Origin: an uncultured Muribaculaceae bacterium
GTDB lineage: Bacteria > Cyanobacteriota > Vampirovibrionia > Gastranaerophilales > Gastranaerophilaceae
Direction of reading: 5' to 3'
Length of the DNA: 64,000 nucleotides
Assembly (NCBI GenBank): GCA_964572355.1
Contig: CAZNEN010000002.1
Location: forward strand, 61,168 to 125,167
Positions within the stretch are counted from its first letter, which is position 1, and each line of letters begins with the position of its first letter. Shown here piece after piece: positions 18,895 through 29,551 of the stretch. The notes under the pieces are model-generated. The model was not told the DNA's origin and made no database searches. It saw only the letters and a list, made by a program, of their open reading frames with translations. A program made the translations under genes and the position numbers.

Positions 18895-21800
18895 ATGCCG
18901 ATAAATAAAAATATAAAAAAAGTTTTAGTAATAGGTTCGGGACCGATTGTGATAGGACAGGCTGCCGAATTTGATTATGCTGGAGTTCAAGCTTGCAGGG
19001 CGCTTAAAGAAGAGGGAATAGAAGTTGTTCTTGTAAATTCCAATCCTGCGACTATTATGACGGATGAAAATATTGCCGATAAAGTATATATTGAGCCTTT
19101 AACACTTGAATCCTTGATTTATATAATTGATAAAGAACGCCCAAATGGAGTTATTGCAACGCTTGGAGGTCAGACAGGTCTTAATCTTGCGCTGCAGCTG
19201 TATGAAAGCGGAACTCTTAAAAAATATAGCGTTGAACTGTTAGGTACAAAAATAGAATCCATTAAAAAAGCAGAAGATAGAGAACTATTTAAAAATTTAA
19301 TGCTTGAAATAGATGAACCTATTCCCGAAAGCGATATAGTATCAAGTTTTGACGAAGCTAAAAAATTTGCACAGAAAATAGGTTTCCCTATTATTGTAAG
19401 ACCTGCTTATACTTTAGGCGGAACAGGCGGCGGTATTGCAAATAATTACAGTGAATATGAAGAAATTGTATATACGGGGCTTTCTCTTAGTCCGATATCA
19501 CAGGTGCTTGTTGAAAAAAGTATTGCCGGCTATAAAGAAATTGAATATGAAGTAATACGTGATGCAAATAATACGGCTATTTCTATTTGTAATATGGAAA
19601 ATATAGATCCTATAGGTATACACACGGGCGACAGCTTTGTAGTTGCACCTACGCAGACTCTTACAAACAAAGAATGCCAGATGTTAAGAAGTGCAGCACT
19701 TAAAATAATAAGAGCATTGAAAATAGAAGGCGGATGCAATGTTCAGTTTGCACTTGATACTGTAAGTAATCAATATTATGTAATAGAAGTAAATCCCCGC
19801 GTGAGCCGCTCATCTGCTCTTGCTTCAAAAGCAACCGGATATCCGATTGCCAAAATAACAACGAAAATTGCAATAGGGTATAATCTGCATGAAATTCCAA
19901 ATTCCATAACAAAGAAAACAGTTGCTGCATTTGAACCGGCTATAGATTACGTTGTTACAAAAATTCCCAAATGGCCGTTTGATAAATTTAAACACGGCGA
20001 TAGAATATTAGGTACCAAAATGAAAGCGACGGGAGAGGTAATGGCAATAGGAAGAACTTTTGAAAGTTCATTTAAGAAGGCTATTACATCCATAGAATCA
20101 AAATATACAGGACTTCTAAGAGGGCGCCATCTGGAATGCAGTGAAGATGAATTAAAAGCACTTCTTCATGTTCAGGATGACAGAAGAATTTTCAGAGTGG
20201 CTGAAGCGATAAACAGAGGGATAAGTGTTGATGAAATAAATAAAATAACCAAAATAGATAAATGGTTTATATATAAAATAAAGAGTCTTGTAGATTTTGA
20301 AAATAAACTTAAAAGCGAACAATTAACTCCCGATTTATACCTTGAAGCAAAGGAAAAAGGCTTCTTGGATGAAGAAATAGCAAAGTATACTCAAATTTCC
20401 ATATCGGATATAGAGAAGCTGCGCCGCGAAAATTCAATAAGTGCATCATTTAAAATAGTTGATACGTGTGCAGCGGAGTTTAAAGCATATACCCCTTATT
20501 ATTATTCGACATATAACGAAGTTGATGAAAGTGATTCCGATAATGACGAAAAGAAAATTTTAATATTAGGTTCCGGCCCCATAAGAATAGGGCAGGGTAT
20601 TGAATTTGACTATTGTTCAGTCCATGCGGCATGGGAAGTAAGAAATAACAATTATAAATCTTTAATTGTTAATTCAAATCCGGAAACTCTTTCAACTGAT
20701 TTTGACGTTGCTGATAAATTGTTTTTTGAACCTATGCATATTGAAAATATTATGAATATTATCGAAAAAGAAAATCCGGAAGGAGTTCTTGTTCAATTTG
20801 GAGGTCAGACGGCAATAAATCTTGCACCTAAACTTCATAAACGAGGGGTTAAAATTTTAGGTACTTCTCTTGAATCAATAAATATAGCGGAAGACAGAAA
20901 ACTTTTTGAGCAACTGTTAAGAGAGTTAAATATTCCGCAGCCCAAAGGTTTTGCTGTTAGAAAGCAATCTGAAGCTCTTGAAGTAGCGAAAACTTTGGGT
21001 TATCCTCTGCTGGTTCGTCCTTCCTATGTTATAGGGGGACGTGGTATGCAGGTTGTCTATAATAAAGACGAGCTTATTTCATATATTGACAGTGCATTAA
21101 AATTTTCTGATGAGCATCCTATTTTGATTGACCAGTATATAGAAGGAACAGAACTTGAACTTGATGCAATCTCCGACGGAGAAAATGTTTTAATACCTGC
21201 GATAACTGAACACATTGAAAGAGCGGGTGTTCATTCGGGAGATTCCATTGCTCTTTATCCGACAAGAACCATTTCGCAGCATATTATTGATAATCTTGTA
21301 GTTTATACCGAAAAAATAGCCAGAGCATTAAAAATTAAGGGATTAATGAATATTCAGTTTATATTGAAAGATGGCGTTGCATATATTATTGAAGTAAATC
21401 CCAGAGCTTCAAGAACTGTGCCTATTTTAAGCAAAGTTACGGGTGTGCCAATGGTAAAAATTGCAATTGATGCGATATTGGGTAAGTCTATAATTGAACA
21501 GGGATATAAAACGGGACTTGTTAATACAACCGAGTTGGTATGTGCCAAAATTCCCATATTCTCCTTTCAAAAACTGAACAGAATAGATCCTGCTCTGGCT
21601 CCTGAAATGAAATCAACAGGCGAGGTACTGGGTATTGATACTTCATATGAAAGAGCATTGATAAAAGGATTCCTTGCCGCAGGCTATAAACTTTCAACGG
21701 AAAGAGGAAATGTATTAATATCAATAAACGATCATTATAAAAAGGATTCGGTTGAAATAGCACAAACACTGGTTGATTTAGGATACAGACTTGTTGCTAC

Positions 21801-22146
21801 AACGGGTACGCATAAATATTTAAAACTGCACAATATTGAATCTAAAGAAATAGAAAAATTTGATATCAAAAAAATGCAAAGAAATATGAAAAATAAAGAG
21901 CTTTGCTTTATTATTAATACCCCCACAACAAATAACAATTCTGTGAGATACGGCAGTGAGGACAGAGGATTTTTAATAAGAACAATAGCTGAAATGTATT
22001 CTACACCGTGTTTTACAGTGCTTGATACGGCTAAAGCATATTTGGAAGCACTGAAGTCGTATATGAAAGATGATAATCTTACTTATGACAGTATTGATAA
22101 ATACAGAAAAGAGAAGCAGGTTTGCAGCAAGATAACAGAAAGCTAA
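18895..22146 (+). CDS. carB: Carbamoyl-phosphate synthase large subunit
   Basis: 1083 aa with duplicated ATP-grasp halves (GPIVIGQAAEFDYAG / GPIRIGQGIEFDY) and a C-terminal MGS-like domain. Confidence 0.97.
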   Translation: MPINKNIKKVLVIGSGPIVIGQAAEFDYAGVQACRALKEEGIEVVLVNSNPATIMTDENIADKVYIEPLTLESLIYIIDKERPNGVIATLGGQTGLNLALQLYESGTLKKYSVELLGTKIESIKKAEDRELFKNLMLEIDEPIPESDIVSSFDEAKKFAQKIGFPIIVRPAYTLGGTGGGIANNYSEYEEIVYTGLSLSPISQVLVEKSIAGYKEIEYEVIRDANNTAISICNMENIDPIGIHTGDSFVVAPTQTLTNKECQMLRSAALKIIRALKIEGGCNVQFALDTVSNQYYVIEVNPRVSRSSALASKATGYPIAKITTKIAIGYNLHEIPNSITKKTVAAFEPAIDYVVTKIPKWPFDKFKHGDRILGTKMKATGEVMAIGRTFESSFKKAITSIESKYTGLLRGRHLECSEDELKALLHVQDDRRIFRVAEAINRGISVDEINKITKIDKWFIYKIKSLVDFENKLKSEQLTPDLYLEAKEKGFLDEEIAKYTQISISDIEKLRRENSISASFKIVDTCAAEFKAYTPYYYSTYNEVDESDSDNDEKKILILGSGPIRIGQGIEFDYCSVHAAWEVRNNNYKSLIVNSNPETLSTDFDVADKLFFEPMHIENIMNIIEKENPEGVLVQFGGQTAINLAPKLHKRGVKILGTSLESINIAEDRKLFEQLLRELNIPQPKGFAVRKQSEALEVAKTLGYPLLVRPSYVIGGRGMQVVYNKDELISYIDSALKFSDEHPILIDQYIEGTELELDAISDGENVLIPAITEHIERAGVHSGDSIALYPTRTISQHIIDNLVVYTEKIARALKIKGLMNIQFILKDGVAYIIEVNPRASRTVPILSKVTGVPMVKIAIDAILGKSIIEQGYKTGLVNTTELVCAKIPIFSFQKLNRIDPALAPEMKSTGEVLGIDTSYERALIKGFLAAGYKLSTERGNVLISINDHYKKDSVEIAQTLVDLGYRLVATTGTHKYLKLHNIESKEIEKFDIKKMQRNMKNKELCFIINTPTTNNNSVRYGSEDRGFLIRTIAEMYSTPCFTVLDTAKAYLEALKSYMKDDNLTYDSIDKYRKEKQVCSKITES

Positions 22147-22290
22147 AACTTACAAAAAAAAAGTTTAAAATTAATATAAAAAATATGGGTATTGATATTG
22201 ATAAAAATGAATACCGTGAAATTGTTTTATCAAATTCAAATCATCCTGAAAAATTTGACAAATAAAATCGGTTTATTGTCTAATAACATT

Positions 22291-23565
22291 ATGAATATTA
22301 ATGTAGAAAAATCTAAACCCTTGAGAGGAACTATTGAAATTCCCCCGGATAAATCCGTTACACATAGGGCTTTTATGTTATCAGCTCTCACTAAAGGACG
22401 GGTTAAAATTTCAAATTTTTCTAAAGGAGCGGATTGTATATCCACTTTAAATATAATTAAACAGTTAGGCTGCAATATTAAGTTTCTGAATGAAAAAGAA
22501 TTAATTGTTGATTCCTCAAATGCTCTAAAAATACCGAAAGGTGTGCTTGACTGCGGAAATTCCGGAACTACGGCAAGACTTATGATGGGAATTCTTGCCG
22601 GACAGAATTTTAACAGCAAATTAAAAGGCGACATAAGTCTTTCAAAAAGACCGATGAAAAGGGTAATTGCTCCGCTTGAATTAATGGGAGCAAATATAAT
22701 ACACAATGACTACAAATTGCCTGTTGAAATTTCAGGTACACCATTAAAGGGTATAGATTATAACTCGCCTTTAGCTTCCGCACAGGTAAAATCATGTCTG
22801 CTTCTTGCAGGTTTAAATGCGGAAGATAAAACGGTATTTTCTGAACCTTATAAATCCCGTAATCACACCGAGTTAATGTTTGAATATATGGGAGCTGATA
22901 TTAAAATAAACGGGAACACCATAGCTGTAAAAAAATCACAATTAAATCCCGTAGATATTACTGTATGCGGTGACATTTCTTCTGCGGCATTTTTTATGAC
23001 AGCGGCTCTTATTGTACCCGGTTCCGATATAATAATCAAAAATGTCGGAATTAATGAAACACGCTCCGGCATTATTGAAGTATTTAAAGCCATGAACGGA
23101 AATATAGAGATAATGAACGAAAGAACTGTTTCTAACGAAAAAGTTGCAGATTTAAGAGTAAAATATTCCGATTTGAAAGCAACAATTATTGAAGGCAGTA
23201 TTATACCAAGATTAATAGATGAAATTCCGGTTATAGCAGTTGCTGCAACTCAGGCTGAAGGAACTACCATAATAAAAGATGCTCTGGATTTAAGAAATAA
23301 AGAAGCGGATAGAATAACTTCCGTTAAAACCGAACTGTTAAAACTTGGCGCGGATATAGAAGAAATGCCGGATGGATTTATTTTAAACGGAAAATCCGAA
23401 CTTCAAGGCAATTGTGAAATTGAATGCTACCATGATCATCGTATTGCAATGAGTGCTTATATTGCAGGATTAATATGCAAAAAACCCATTAAAATTAATG
23501 AATTTCAATGGGTTAATATTTCTTTTCCGGAATTCTTAAAGTTAAATTCCGCACTTATTGCATAG
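22291..23565 (+). CDS. aroA: 3-phosphoshikimate 1-carboxyvinyltransferase (EPSP synthase)
   Basis: LRGTIEIPPDKSVTHRA, LDCGNSGTTARLMMG, LSKRPM and DHRIAMS. I chose the start at ATG 22291 (MNINVEKSKPLRG) because the 33 upstream residues of the ORF-track call have no counterpart in AroA. Confidence 0.9.
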   Translation: MNINVEKSKPLRGTIEIPPDKSVTHRAFMLSALTKGRVKISNFSKGADCISTLNIIKQLGCNIKFLNEKELIVDSSNALKIPKGVLDCGNSGTTARLMMGILAGQNFNSKLKGDISLSKRPMKRVIAPLELMGANIIHNDYKLPVEISGTPLKGIDYNSPLASAQVKSCLLLAGLNAEDKTVFSEPYKSRNHTELMFEYMGADIKINGNTIAVKKSQLNPVDITVCGDISSAAFFMTAALIVPGSDIIIKNVGINETRSGIIEVFKAMNGNIEIMNERTVSNEKVADLRVKYSDLKATIIEGSIIPRLIDEIPVIAVAATQAEGTTIIKDALDLRNKEADRITSVKTELLKLGADIEEMPDGFILNGKSELQGNCEIECYHDHRIAMSAYIAGLICKKPIKINEFQWVNISFPEFLKLNSALIA

Positions 23566-24304
23566 GATAATAAACCTTGCTTCCTCGAGCCGAATCAACA
23601 TTAAAAGCAAGAATAATTTTCTCACCTTTATAATCATCAGGCGGTACATCAAAACTGTTTATTTTAGTCAGCAATATAAGAATAGAATCATCTAAAGCTT
23701 CATTATTTGATTTTACAAGAATTTTTTTTGTATTTAATATACCTTCTTTATCAATGGTAAATACAATTCTACATTCGTCTTTACCTTTAATTCCCGAAGA
23801 ATCCCAGGCGCTTGTAAATTCTCCTCCTATTCTTACCAGATATTCTCTTAGAACAGGAGAGATTGTTCCTAACCTTTTATTTAATATTGGCAGATTTCGA
23901 TTTGGATCTTGAGATCTGAAATTAGACGGCAGTGCATTATCCCAATATGATTTTACATTTGGTAATTTTACATTTGCAATTTTCGCATTTTCTTTAACTT
24001 TTTCTATTTTCTTTTCACGGTAAGGAGGCAGAAATAAAATTATAATACTGAGAAGAATAGAAATCCCTATTGTAATTAATGCTTTTTTCTTATCAGCTCT
24101 TTCTTCTTCCTCTTCTGCCAGTTGTGCTAATTCTTCACTGGTTAATTTCCTTCTTCTTGAAGAAGTTGTTTGTTTTACTTCAACTTCTGGTTCGGGTTCA
24201 TAAAATTCTTCTTCTTCAATAATTTGTTCAAATATATCATTTCCGCATTCACAAAAATCCGGGCATTGATCATATTCTTTGTTGCATTCTGTACATCTAT
24301 ACAT
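23555..24304 (-). CDS. Zinc-ribbon / single-TM / TonB-C-terminal-like domain protein
   Basis: N-terminal CTECxxxxxxCPxFCECG zinc ribbon, an acidic linker, the TM helix ALITIGISILLSIIILFLPP, and a C-terminal ~90 aa (ECRIVFTIDKEGILNTKKILVKSNNEALDDSILILLTKINSFDVPP) resembling TonB_C. Confidence 0.6.
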   Translation of the reverse strand: MYRCTECNKEYDQCPDFCECGNDIFEQIIEEEEFYEPEPEVEVKQTTSSRRRKLTSEELAQLAEEEEERADKKKALITIGISILLSIIILFLPPYREKKIEKVKENAKIANVKLPNVKSYWDNALPSNFRSQDPNRNLPILNKRLGTISPVLREYLVRIGGEFTSAWDSSGIKGKDECRIVFTIDKEGILNTKKILVKSNNEALDDSILILLTKINSFDVPPDDYKGEKIILAFNVDSARGSKVYYPMQ

Positions 24305-24321
24305 TATTGAATTCCTTAAAA

Positions 24322-25992
24322 TTAATATTCTTTATCTACTTTTTCCAGTAATTCTTCTCTTATTATGATTTCAAATTTAGTAATACCTAACATTGTTGTC
24401 TCCATAATAAGAATTGCAGTAGGAAGCATAGCGGCAATAAAGCTTAATACCATACCTGTTACATCACCGCCCATAACTCCTATAAAGTATGAAACGTTCA
24501 TTGTAATTTCTATAAATACAACGGCAACTGCAATTAAAAAGAATTTTTTTGCTTCTTTTTTCAGGTTTTTGCTGCTTTCTACACCGTGAAGGGTAACACC
24601 ATGGACATTATAGTCGCTGAATCCGTCCTGTTTTATAACATTCGATGCAAATATTCTTTTTGTTATTGCAAAAGATGTTGCAAAACAATGGAATGCGAAT
24701 ATAATCATTAAAGTTGCAAGTGTTAAAAATATAGGCGAAAATTTAAACCCTGCGGAAAATCTTATCCATCCTGCAGCTTCGGGGAAACATTCCGCCAGTG
24801 TTTGAGATACACCATATGCAAGAAACGGTGCCGTTATAATACCAAGAAGATATTCCCATACCGCTTTTATTTGCAGATTGAATATTTTATTATTAATATC
24901 TTTTAATTTTTTCTTGGTAATATTATTAACAAATAAAGTAATCCACTGCTGATAATCTTTTACAACAGCCTGGAAGTCTTCTCTGCTTTCATATCCGTCA
25001 AGTTCTTCTCCTGTTTCTGCAATAATATTTTTTGTAAATCCTGCAAAAACACCAAGGAAAATGCATAAGAAACTGCATAAGATTAACATCTGAGGTATTA
25101 ATACAGGCAGATTATACGTATGAATAAATAATTCCGCAACGGAGAAAATAAGAATCAACCCGAAAATACCAAATGCAGATAAAAGACACAATCTTTGTAT
25201 CAGTAAAGATGACTGAGAGAGTCTGGATTTACCTTTATTTTGAAGAATAAGAAACTGTCCTTGTTTTAAAAGCAGAGTTATAATTATAAAACATATTGAA
25301 ATTAAAAATAATATTCTTGTTTGTATTTGTACCGTAATGCCCCATATTACCGTAATATCTTTTAAAATGTAAGACATTGTCAAAGGAACAAACAATATAA
25401 ATGCATTTAAAACTCCGAGTATTATTTCATTTTGAGAAAGTTTTCCTCGTAAATAATTAGATTTATAAGCTATTTCTTTTGTAATTAAAGCTCTTCTTCT
25501 TTCAATATCCGCTTTTTTTCTTTCGATTTTTATTTTAGTTTGCGCCCCTATACCTTTTCCGTATAGTGTTTCAATATCTTGCTCATTGAGTTCTTCATCC
25601 TCAATCATGGTAATTGTTTTTTTATGTTCCGCCTGTTTTATTCTTTCCGCATTTTTTCTGTTTGCAAGCTCTAAAGAACCCGGAACTATTTTTGGATTTG
25701 TTCCTGCAGTTGTAATTTTAATGCTGATAAATTCGTCCGTATCTGCAATCATTAATTTGCAGAGTGAACCTATTGGCATGGATGCTCCTATAGGTTGTCC
25801 GCGAAAAAGTACTCGTTCACTTTTTAAATTATTAACTATCTGCCATTTTCCGTTATCTGTTTTTTGGAGTGAAATTATTAAATCAAAACTCAAATCAAGT
25901 TTGTAATGACATCCGGGAGCTGTTCCTATGTTAATTACATTAGTTTCATTAAATACTTTTTCATTATTTTTGGATGTTATGGTAACCTTCAT
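24322..25992 (-). CDS. FHA-like N-terminal domain fused to a polytopic membrane domain; function unknown
   Basis: The first ~95 aa (VINIGTAPGCHYKLDL...SLQKTDNGKWQIVNNLKSERVLFRGQPI...LMIADTDEFISI) follow the FHA beta-sandwich pattern. A K/E/R helical linker and about 8-10 hydrophobic helices follow. Confidence 0.55.
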   Translation of the reverse strand: MKVTITSKNNEKVFNETNVINIGTAPGCHYKLDLSFDLIISLQKTDNGKWQIVNNLKSERVLFRGQPIGASMPIGSLCKLMIADTDEFISIKITTAGTNPKIVPGSLELANRKNAERIKQAEHKKTITMIEDEELNEQDIETLYGKGIGAQTKIKIERKKADIERRRALITKEIAYKSNYLRGKLSQNEIILGVLNAFILFVPLTMSYILKDITVIWGITVQIQTRILFLISICFIIITLLLKQGQFLILQNKGKSRLSQSSLLIQRLCLLSAFGIFGLILIFSVAELFIHTYNLPVLIPQMLILCSFLCIFLGVFAGFTKNIIAETGEELDGYESREDFQAVVKDYQQWITLFVNNITKKKLKDINNKIFNLQIKAVWEYLLGIITAPFLAYGVSQTLAECFPEAAGWIRFSAGFKFSPIFLTLATLMIIFAFHCFATSFAITKRIFASNVIKQDGFSDYNVHGVTLHGVESSKNLKKEAKKFFLIAVAVVFIEITMNVSYFIGVMGGDVTGMVLSFIAAMLPTAILIMETTMLGITKFEIIIREELLEKVDKEY

Positions 25993-26001
25993 CTTTATCC
26001 T

Positions 26002-26670
26002 CTATCTTCCTATTGCTTGTGAAAATTTTCTGAGTGCTTGTTCAACATTTTCTTCGGAAGCAACAATTAATTTTTGTTCACTCATAACCGGAACTAAAGC
26101 TTGTCTTACATCATCGAGCTTTTGGGGATGCGCATAAAGAAAAGTTAAACTTAAATCGGGAATATATTTTAATGTATTCTGAATATTTTTTGGAAGTGTA
26201 TTCCAATTAATTTGTTTTGTGATATCTCCCTCATTTTCTAAATCTCCCAGAATAATAATTGCAGGGACATATCCGTCGGCTTTATATATAAGAGCATCAT
26301 CTACTGCCTTTTTCAAAGCCAGTCCGTATGCAGTTCCGTATGCCTTACTGTCAAATTCACTTCTTTTATTCATTGCATTTCGCATAGCAATTGTTTTGTG
26401 AGGATTACCGTTATAAATATTATATGCATCTTCTGTTACGGCATATATTAATGTGTGATCTTCAGAATCAAGTCTTTTAGCCATTTTTAATACAGTCTGC
26501 TGCTGCTGATATAGTAAATTTCTGTTTGAGGCCGATACATCGAGTAAAAATATTGCCACTACAGGCTTAAATTCTCCAAACTCTATTTTACTGACACCAA
26601 CAAGAATTAATTTTCCTATAAAAACCATCAAAGGTAAAATTATACCTAAAATTAAAGCTCTTCTAAACAT
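26002..26670 (-). CDS. Membrane-anchored von Willebrand factor A (vWA) domain protein
   Basis: N-terminal TM (ALILGIILPLMVFIGKLILVGV). MIDAS motif DVSASN (DxSxS) after a beta-strand VAIFLLD, with later T and D(L)ENEGD elements. Confidence 0.7.
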   Translation of the reverse strand: MFRRALILGIILPLMVFIGKLILVGVSKIEFGEFKPVVAIFLLDVSASNRNLLYQQQQTVLKMAKRLDSEDHTLIYAVTEDAYNIYNGNPHKTIAMRNAMNKRSEFDSKAYGTAYGLALKKAVDDALIYKADGYVPAIIILGDLENEGDITKQINWNTLPKNIQNTLKYIPDLSLTFLYAHPQKLDDVRQALVPVMSEQKLIVASEENVEQALRKFSQAIGR

Positions 26671-26708
26671 ACTACTCTCAAAACTAATAATATTACGTTA
26701 AGATTGTA

Positions 26709-28205
26709 TCATATTTTTTTTATATTATGCAAGTTGTTTCTTTTTCTGAATGTCCAAAAATCAGGATGAAGCAATGCTAAAAATGGAATTATTTCAAGAC
26801 GTCCTATTAACATGTTTAAAATACTTATTAATTTTGACAAATCACTTATAGAACCGAAATTTCCCATCGTACCTGCGACAGAACCGAACCCCGGACCTAT
26901 ATTTCCGAGTGTTGTTATTGCTGTTGATATTCCTATAGCGGAATTTTGTTCAATAAACGTTAATAATACTGCGGTTACGGCAAAGATTGCATAATAAAAA
27001 ATAACAAACGATATCATTTGTCTTACGATATCTTCATTTATAATTGCTTTGTTTATTTTTATCGGATAAACACCGTTCGGATGATATATTTTAGATATTT
27101 GTCTTCTCAAATATTTAAAAATAAATATAAGTCTTAATATCTTTACGCCTCCTGCGGCAGATCCTATAGATGCTCCGGAAAACATTAATATGAACAATAA
27201 AAGCTGTGCGCGTAAATTCCACTGTGCAAAATCAACCGAGGCAAATCCGGTTGTTGATACAATTGATACAACCTGAAAAAATGCTGCTTGTGTTGAATCT
27301 TTTAAATCATATATATTATGGGTTGTAAGTGTTATTGCAATAAATAAAGTAAATAAAAAAATTATTGCAATATATGTCTTAAATTCTTCATCTTTAAACA
27401 ATGCTAAAAAATTTCGTTTGACAAAAACTTTATATAAAAGAGCAAAGTTTGTTCCCGATAAAAGCATAAAAAAAGCTATGGTCCAGATAAATTTAGCCTG
27501 TGTATAAATCATCATGCCTAAAGGATGAGTTGATAAACCTCCGCCGGAAAGGGTTGAAAGAGAGTGACATACGGCGTCAAAAACAGGCATTTTCATAAAT
27601 ACAAGTATTATAAATTCAAGCAATGTAAGCGAGAAATAAATACTCCAAAGTGCAAGAGCGGTTTGTCTTATTCTGGGTGTTAATTTGCTGTCTGTTGAGC
27701 TTGCTCCGGGCAGTTCCGCAAAAAACATTTGTCTTCCCGCTATTGAAAACTGCGGCAGAATTGCAATGAATAATACTAATATACCCATACCTCCGAGCCA
27801 TTGGCTGAATGAACGCCAGAAAAACATTGTTTTGGGAAATATCGTAAAATCCGATAAAACGCTTGCACCTGTGGTCGTGACTCCTGAAACGCTTTCAAAT
27901 AATGCATCAACTGGTTTTAATCCGAAATATAAGAATATTATTGAAGATAACAGAGAAAATAATATCCATGATAATAAGACTGTTGCAAGAGCTTCACTTC
28001 TGTTGATATTATTTAATTCCTCGCCGCTTTTTGCTTTCCCTTTTAGAATAAAACTAAGTAAATATGACAATAAAGCGGTATAAATAAACGGGCTGCAGGC
28101 ATAATTTTCATGCAGTATAAGTGCGCATATACACGGTATAAGTAATACTATCGCAATATACTTTAATATTAAACTGACAGAATTAAATATATAATTAAAT
28201 TTCAT
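26709..28205 (-). CDS. trkH: TrkH/KtrB-family potassium transporter membrane subunit
   Basis: 498 aa, polytopic, with repeated pore-loop motifs (SGVTTTGAS, STLSGGGLST, VSTTGFAS, GNIGPGFG) typical of TrkH. Confidence 0.9.
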   Translation of the reverse strand: MKFNYIFNSVSLILKYIAIVLLIPCICALILHENYACSPFIYTALLSYLLSFILKGKAKSGEELNNINRSEALATVLLSWILFSLLSSIIFLYFGLKPVDALFESVSGVTTTGASVLSDFTIFPKTMFFWRSFSQWLGGMGILVLFIAILPQFSIAGRQMFFAELPGASSTDSKLTPRIRQTALALWSIYFSLTLLEFIILVFMKMPVFDAVCHSLSTLSGGGLSTHPLGMMIYTQAKFIWTIAFFMLLSGTNFALLYKVFVKRNFLALFKDEEFKTYIAIIFLFTLFIAITLTTHNIYDLKDSTQAAFFQVVSIVSTTGFASVDFAQWNLRAQLLLFILMFSGASIGSAAGGVKILRLIFIFKYLRRQISKIYHPNGVYPIKINKAIINEDIVRQMISFVIFYYAIFAVTAVLLTFIEQNSAIGISTAITTLGNIGPGFGSVAGTMGNFGSISDLSKLISILNMLIGRLEIIPFLALLHPDFWTFRKRNNLHNIKKI

Positions 28206-28210
28206 TTTAA

Positions 28211-29551
28211 TCAGTACCTTTTAAAGTAATTCATAATACTGTCGGCATTATTTTTTGTGGTAAATACAATTATATTGTCATAAGGCATTATCTGTGTTGT
28301 GCCATGCGGGATTATAACCCTGTTTCTTCTTTGTATTGTTGCTATTATAGCACTGCAAGGCAGTTTTAAATTCATAATCATGTCTGTTTTAAAATGAGGA
28401 GGAATACAAATTTCCAAAACTTTTCCCTGCCCTCTTTCTACGGTGGCTAATATCTCAACTTCCGTTTTTATAAGATGATTTTCAATGTCTTCAATTGCGG
28501 CACCGTTTTGTGATATTGCAACATCTATCCCTACTTTTTCAAACAGATTTGCATTTGCATTTTTGGAAACCCTTGTTATTACTTTAGGAACGCCGAGCTG
28601 CTTTGCAAGTAACGAACAAAGCAAGTTTTTTTCATCATTATTTGTTACGCTTACCACAACATCGCAATCGCCGATACGTTCTTCTTGAAGCAGTGTAAAA
28701 TTAGCACCGTCGCCGTTTATTACAAGAGTATTTTTCAGATTTTCGGTTAATTCAATACATCTTTTGTAATTAAATTCAATTATTTTTATTTTTATATTAG
28801 CTTTTTCTAAGTTTTGTGCAAGCATTAATCCTACATTTCCGCCTCCTATTACGGCGACCTGCCTTATATCGGAATTTTCCTGAAAGAATCTGCTTGCGAG
28901 TATATCAAGAGAATATGATGAACCCATAAAAATAACTTTATCGTTCAAAAGCAACTGTGTATCTCCGTTTGGAATAAATAATGTATTATCTCTTGTAATT
29001 CCGACTATTAATGTTTCATCGGGAAAGTTGCAATCTTTAACTTTTTTATTTATAAATTTAGTACTGTTTACAATTCTGTATTCAAGGAGTCTTGCTTTTC
29101 CGTTAGCAAAATTCTCAACGTCTATTGCATTAGGAACGGTAATTATTCTGAAAATTTCCTGCGTCATAAGCTCTTCCGGCCAGAGGACATAATCTATCAT
29201 TAATTCTCTTTGATACTTTGAGCCTCTTACAAGAGAGAGAGATTCAACATTTTCTTTTTTGCTTACAAAACATATGGTTTGCAATCTTGTCATGTTTTTA
29301 ACGGTTAAACAGGCTACTATATTGGATTCATCGTTATCCGTACAGGCAATAAAAAAATCGGCATCTTTTATCCCGATTGATTCCAAAAGCGAAATGTTGG
29401 CTCCCGAGTCCTGCACATATTCTATGTCTAATTTATCAAGATTATTTGTATCATTTGAGCTGTCATCTATTACAATTATATCATGGTCTTCGTAAAATCT
29501 TGCAGCAATAAGGCAAGCCAGTTCATTTGCACCGTATATTACAATTTTCAT
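28211..29551 (-). CDS. trkA: Trk system potassium uptake protein TrkA (tandem RCK/NAD-binding domains)
   Basis: Two Rossmann starts (MKIVIYGANELA..., VAVIGGGNVGLMLAQNL), each followed by an RCK_C-like segment. It lies adjacent to trkH. Confidence 0.9.
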   Translation of the reverse strand: MKIVIYGANELACLIAARFYEDHDIIVIDDSSNDTNNLDKLDIEYVQDSGANISLLESIGIKDADFFIACTDNDESNIVACLTVKNMTRLQTICFVSKKENVESLSLVRGSKYQRELMIDYVLWPEELMTQEIFRIITVPNAIDVENFANGKARLLEYRIVNSTKFINKKVKDCNFPDETLIVGITRDNTLFIPNGDTQLLLNDKVIFMGSSYSLDILASRFFQENSDIRQVAVIGGGNVGLMLAQNLEKANIKIKIIEFNYKRCIELTENLKNTLVINGDGANFTLLQEERIGDCDVVVSVTNNDEKNLLCSLLAKQLGVPKVITRVSKNANANLFEKVGIDVAISQNGAAIEDIENHLIKTEVEILATVERGQGKVLEICIPPHFKTDMIMNLKLPCSAIIATIQRRNRVIIPHGTTQIMPYDNIIVFTTKNNADSIMNYFKRY

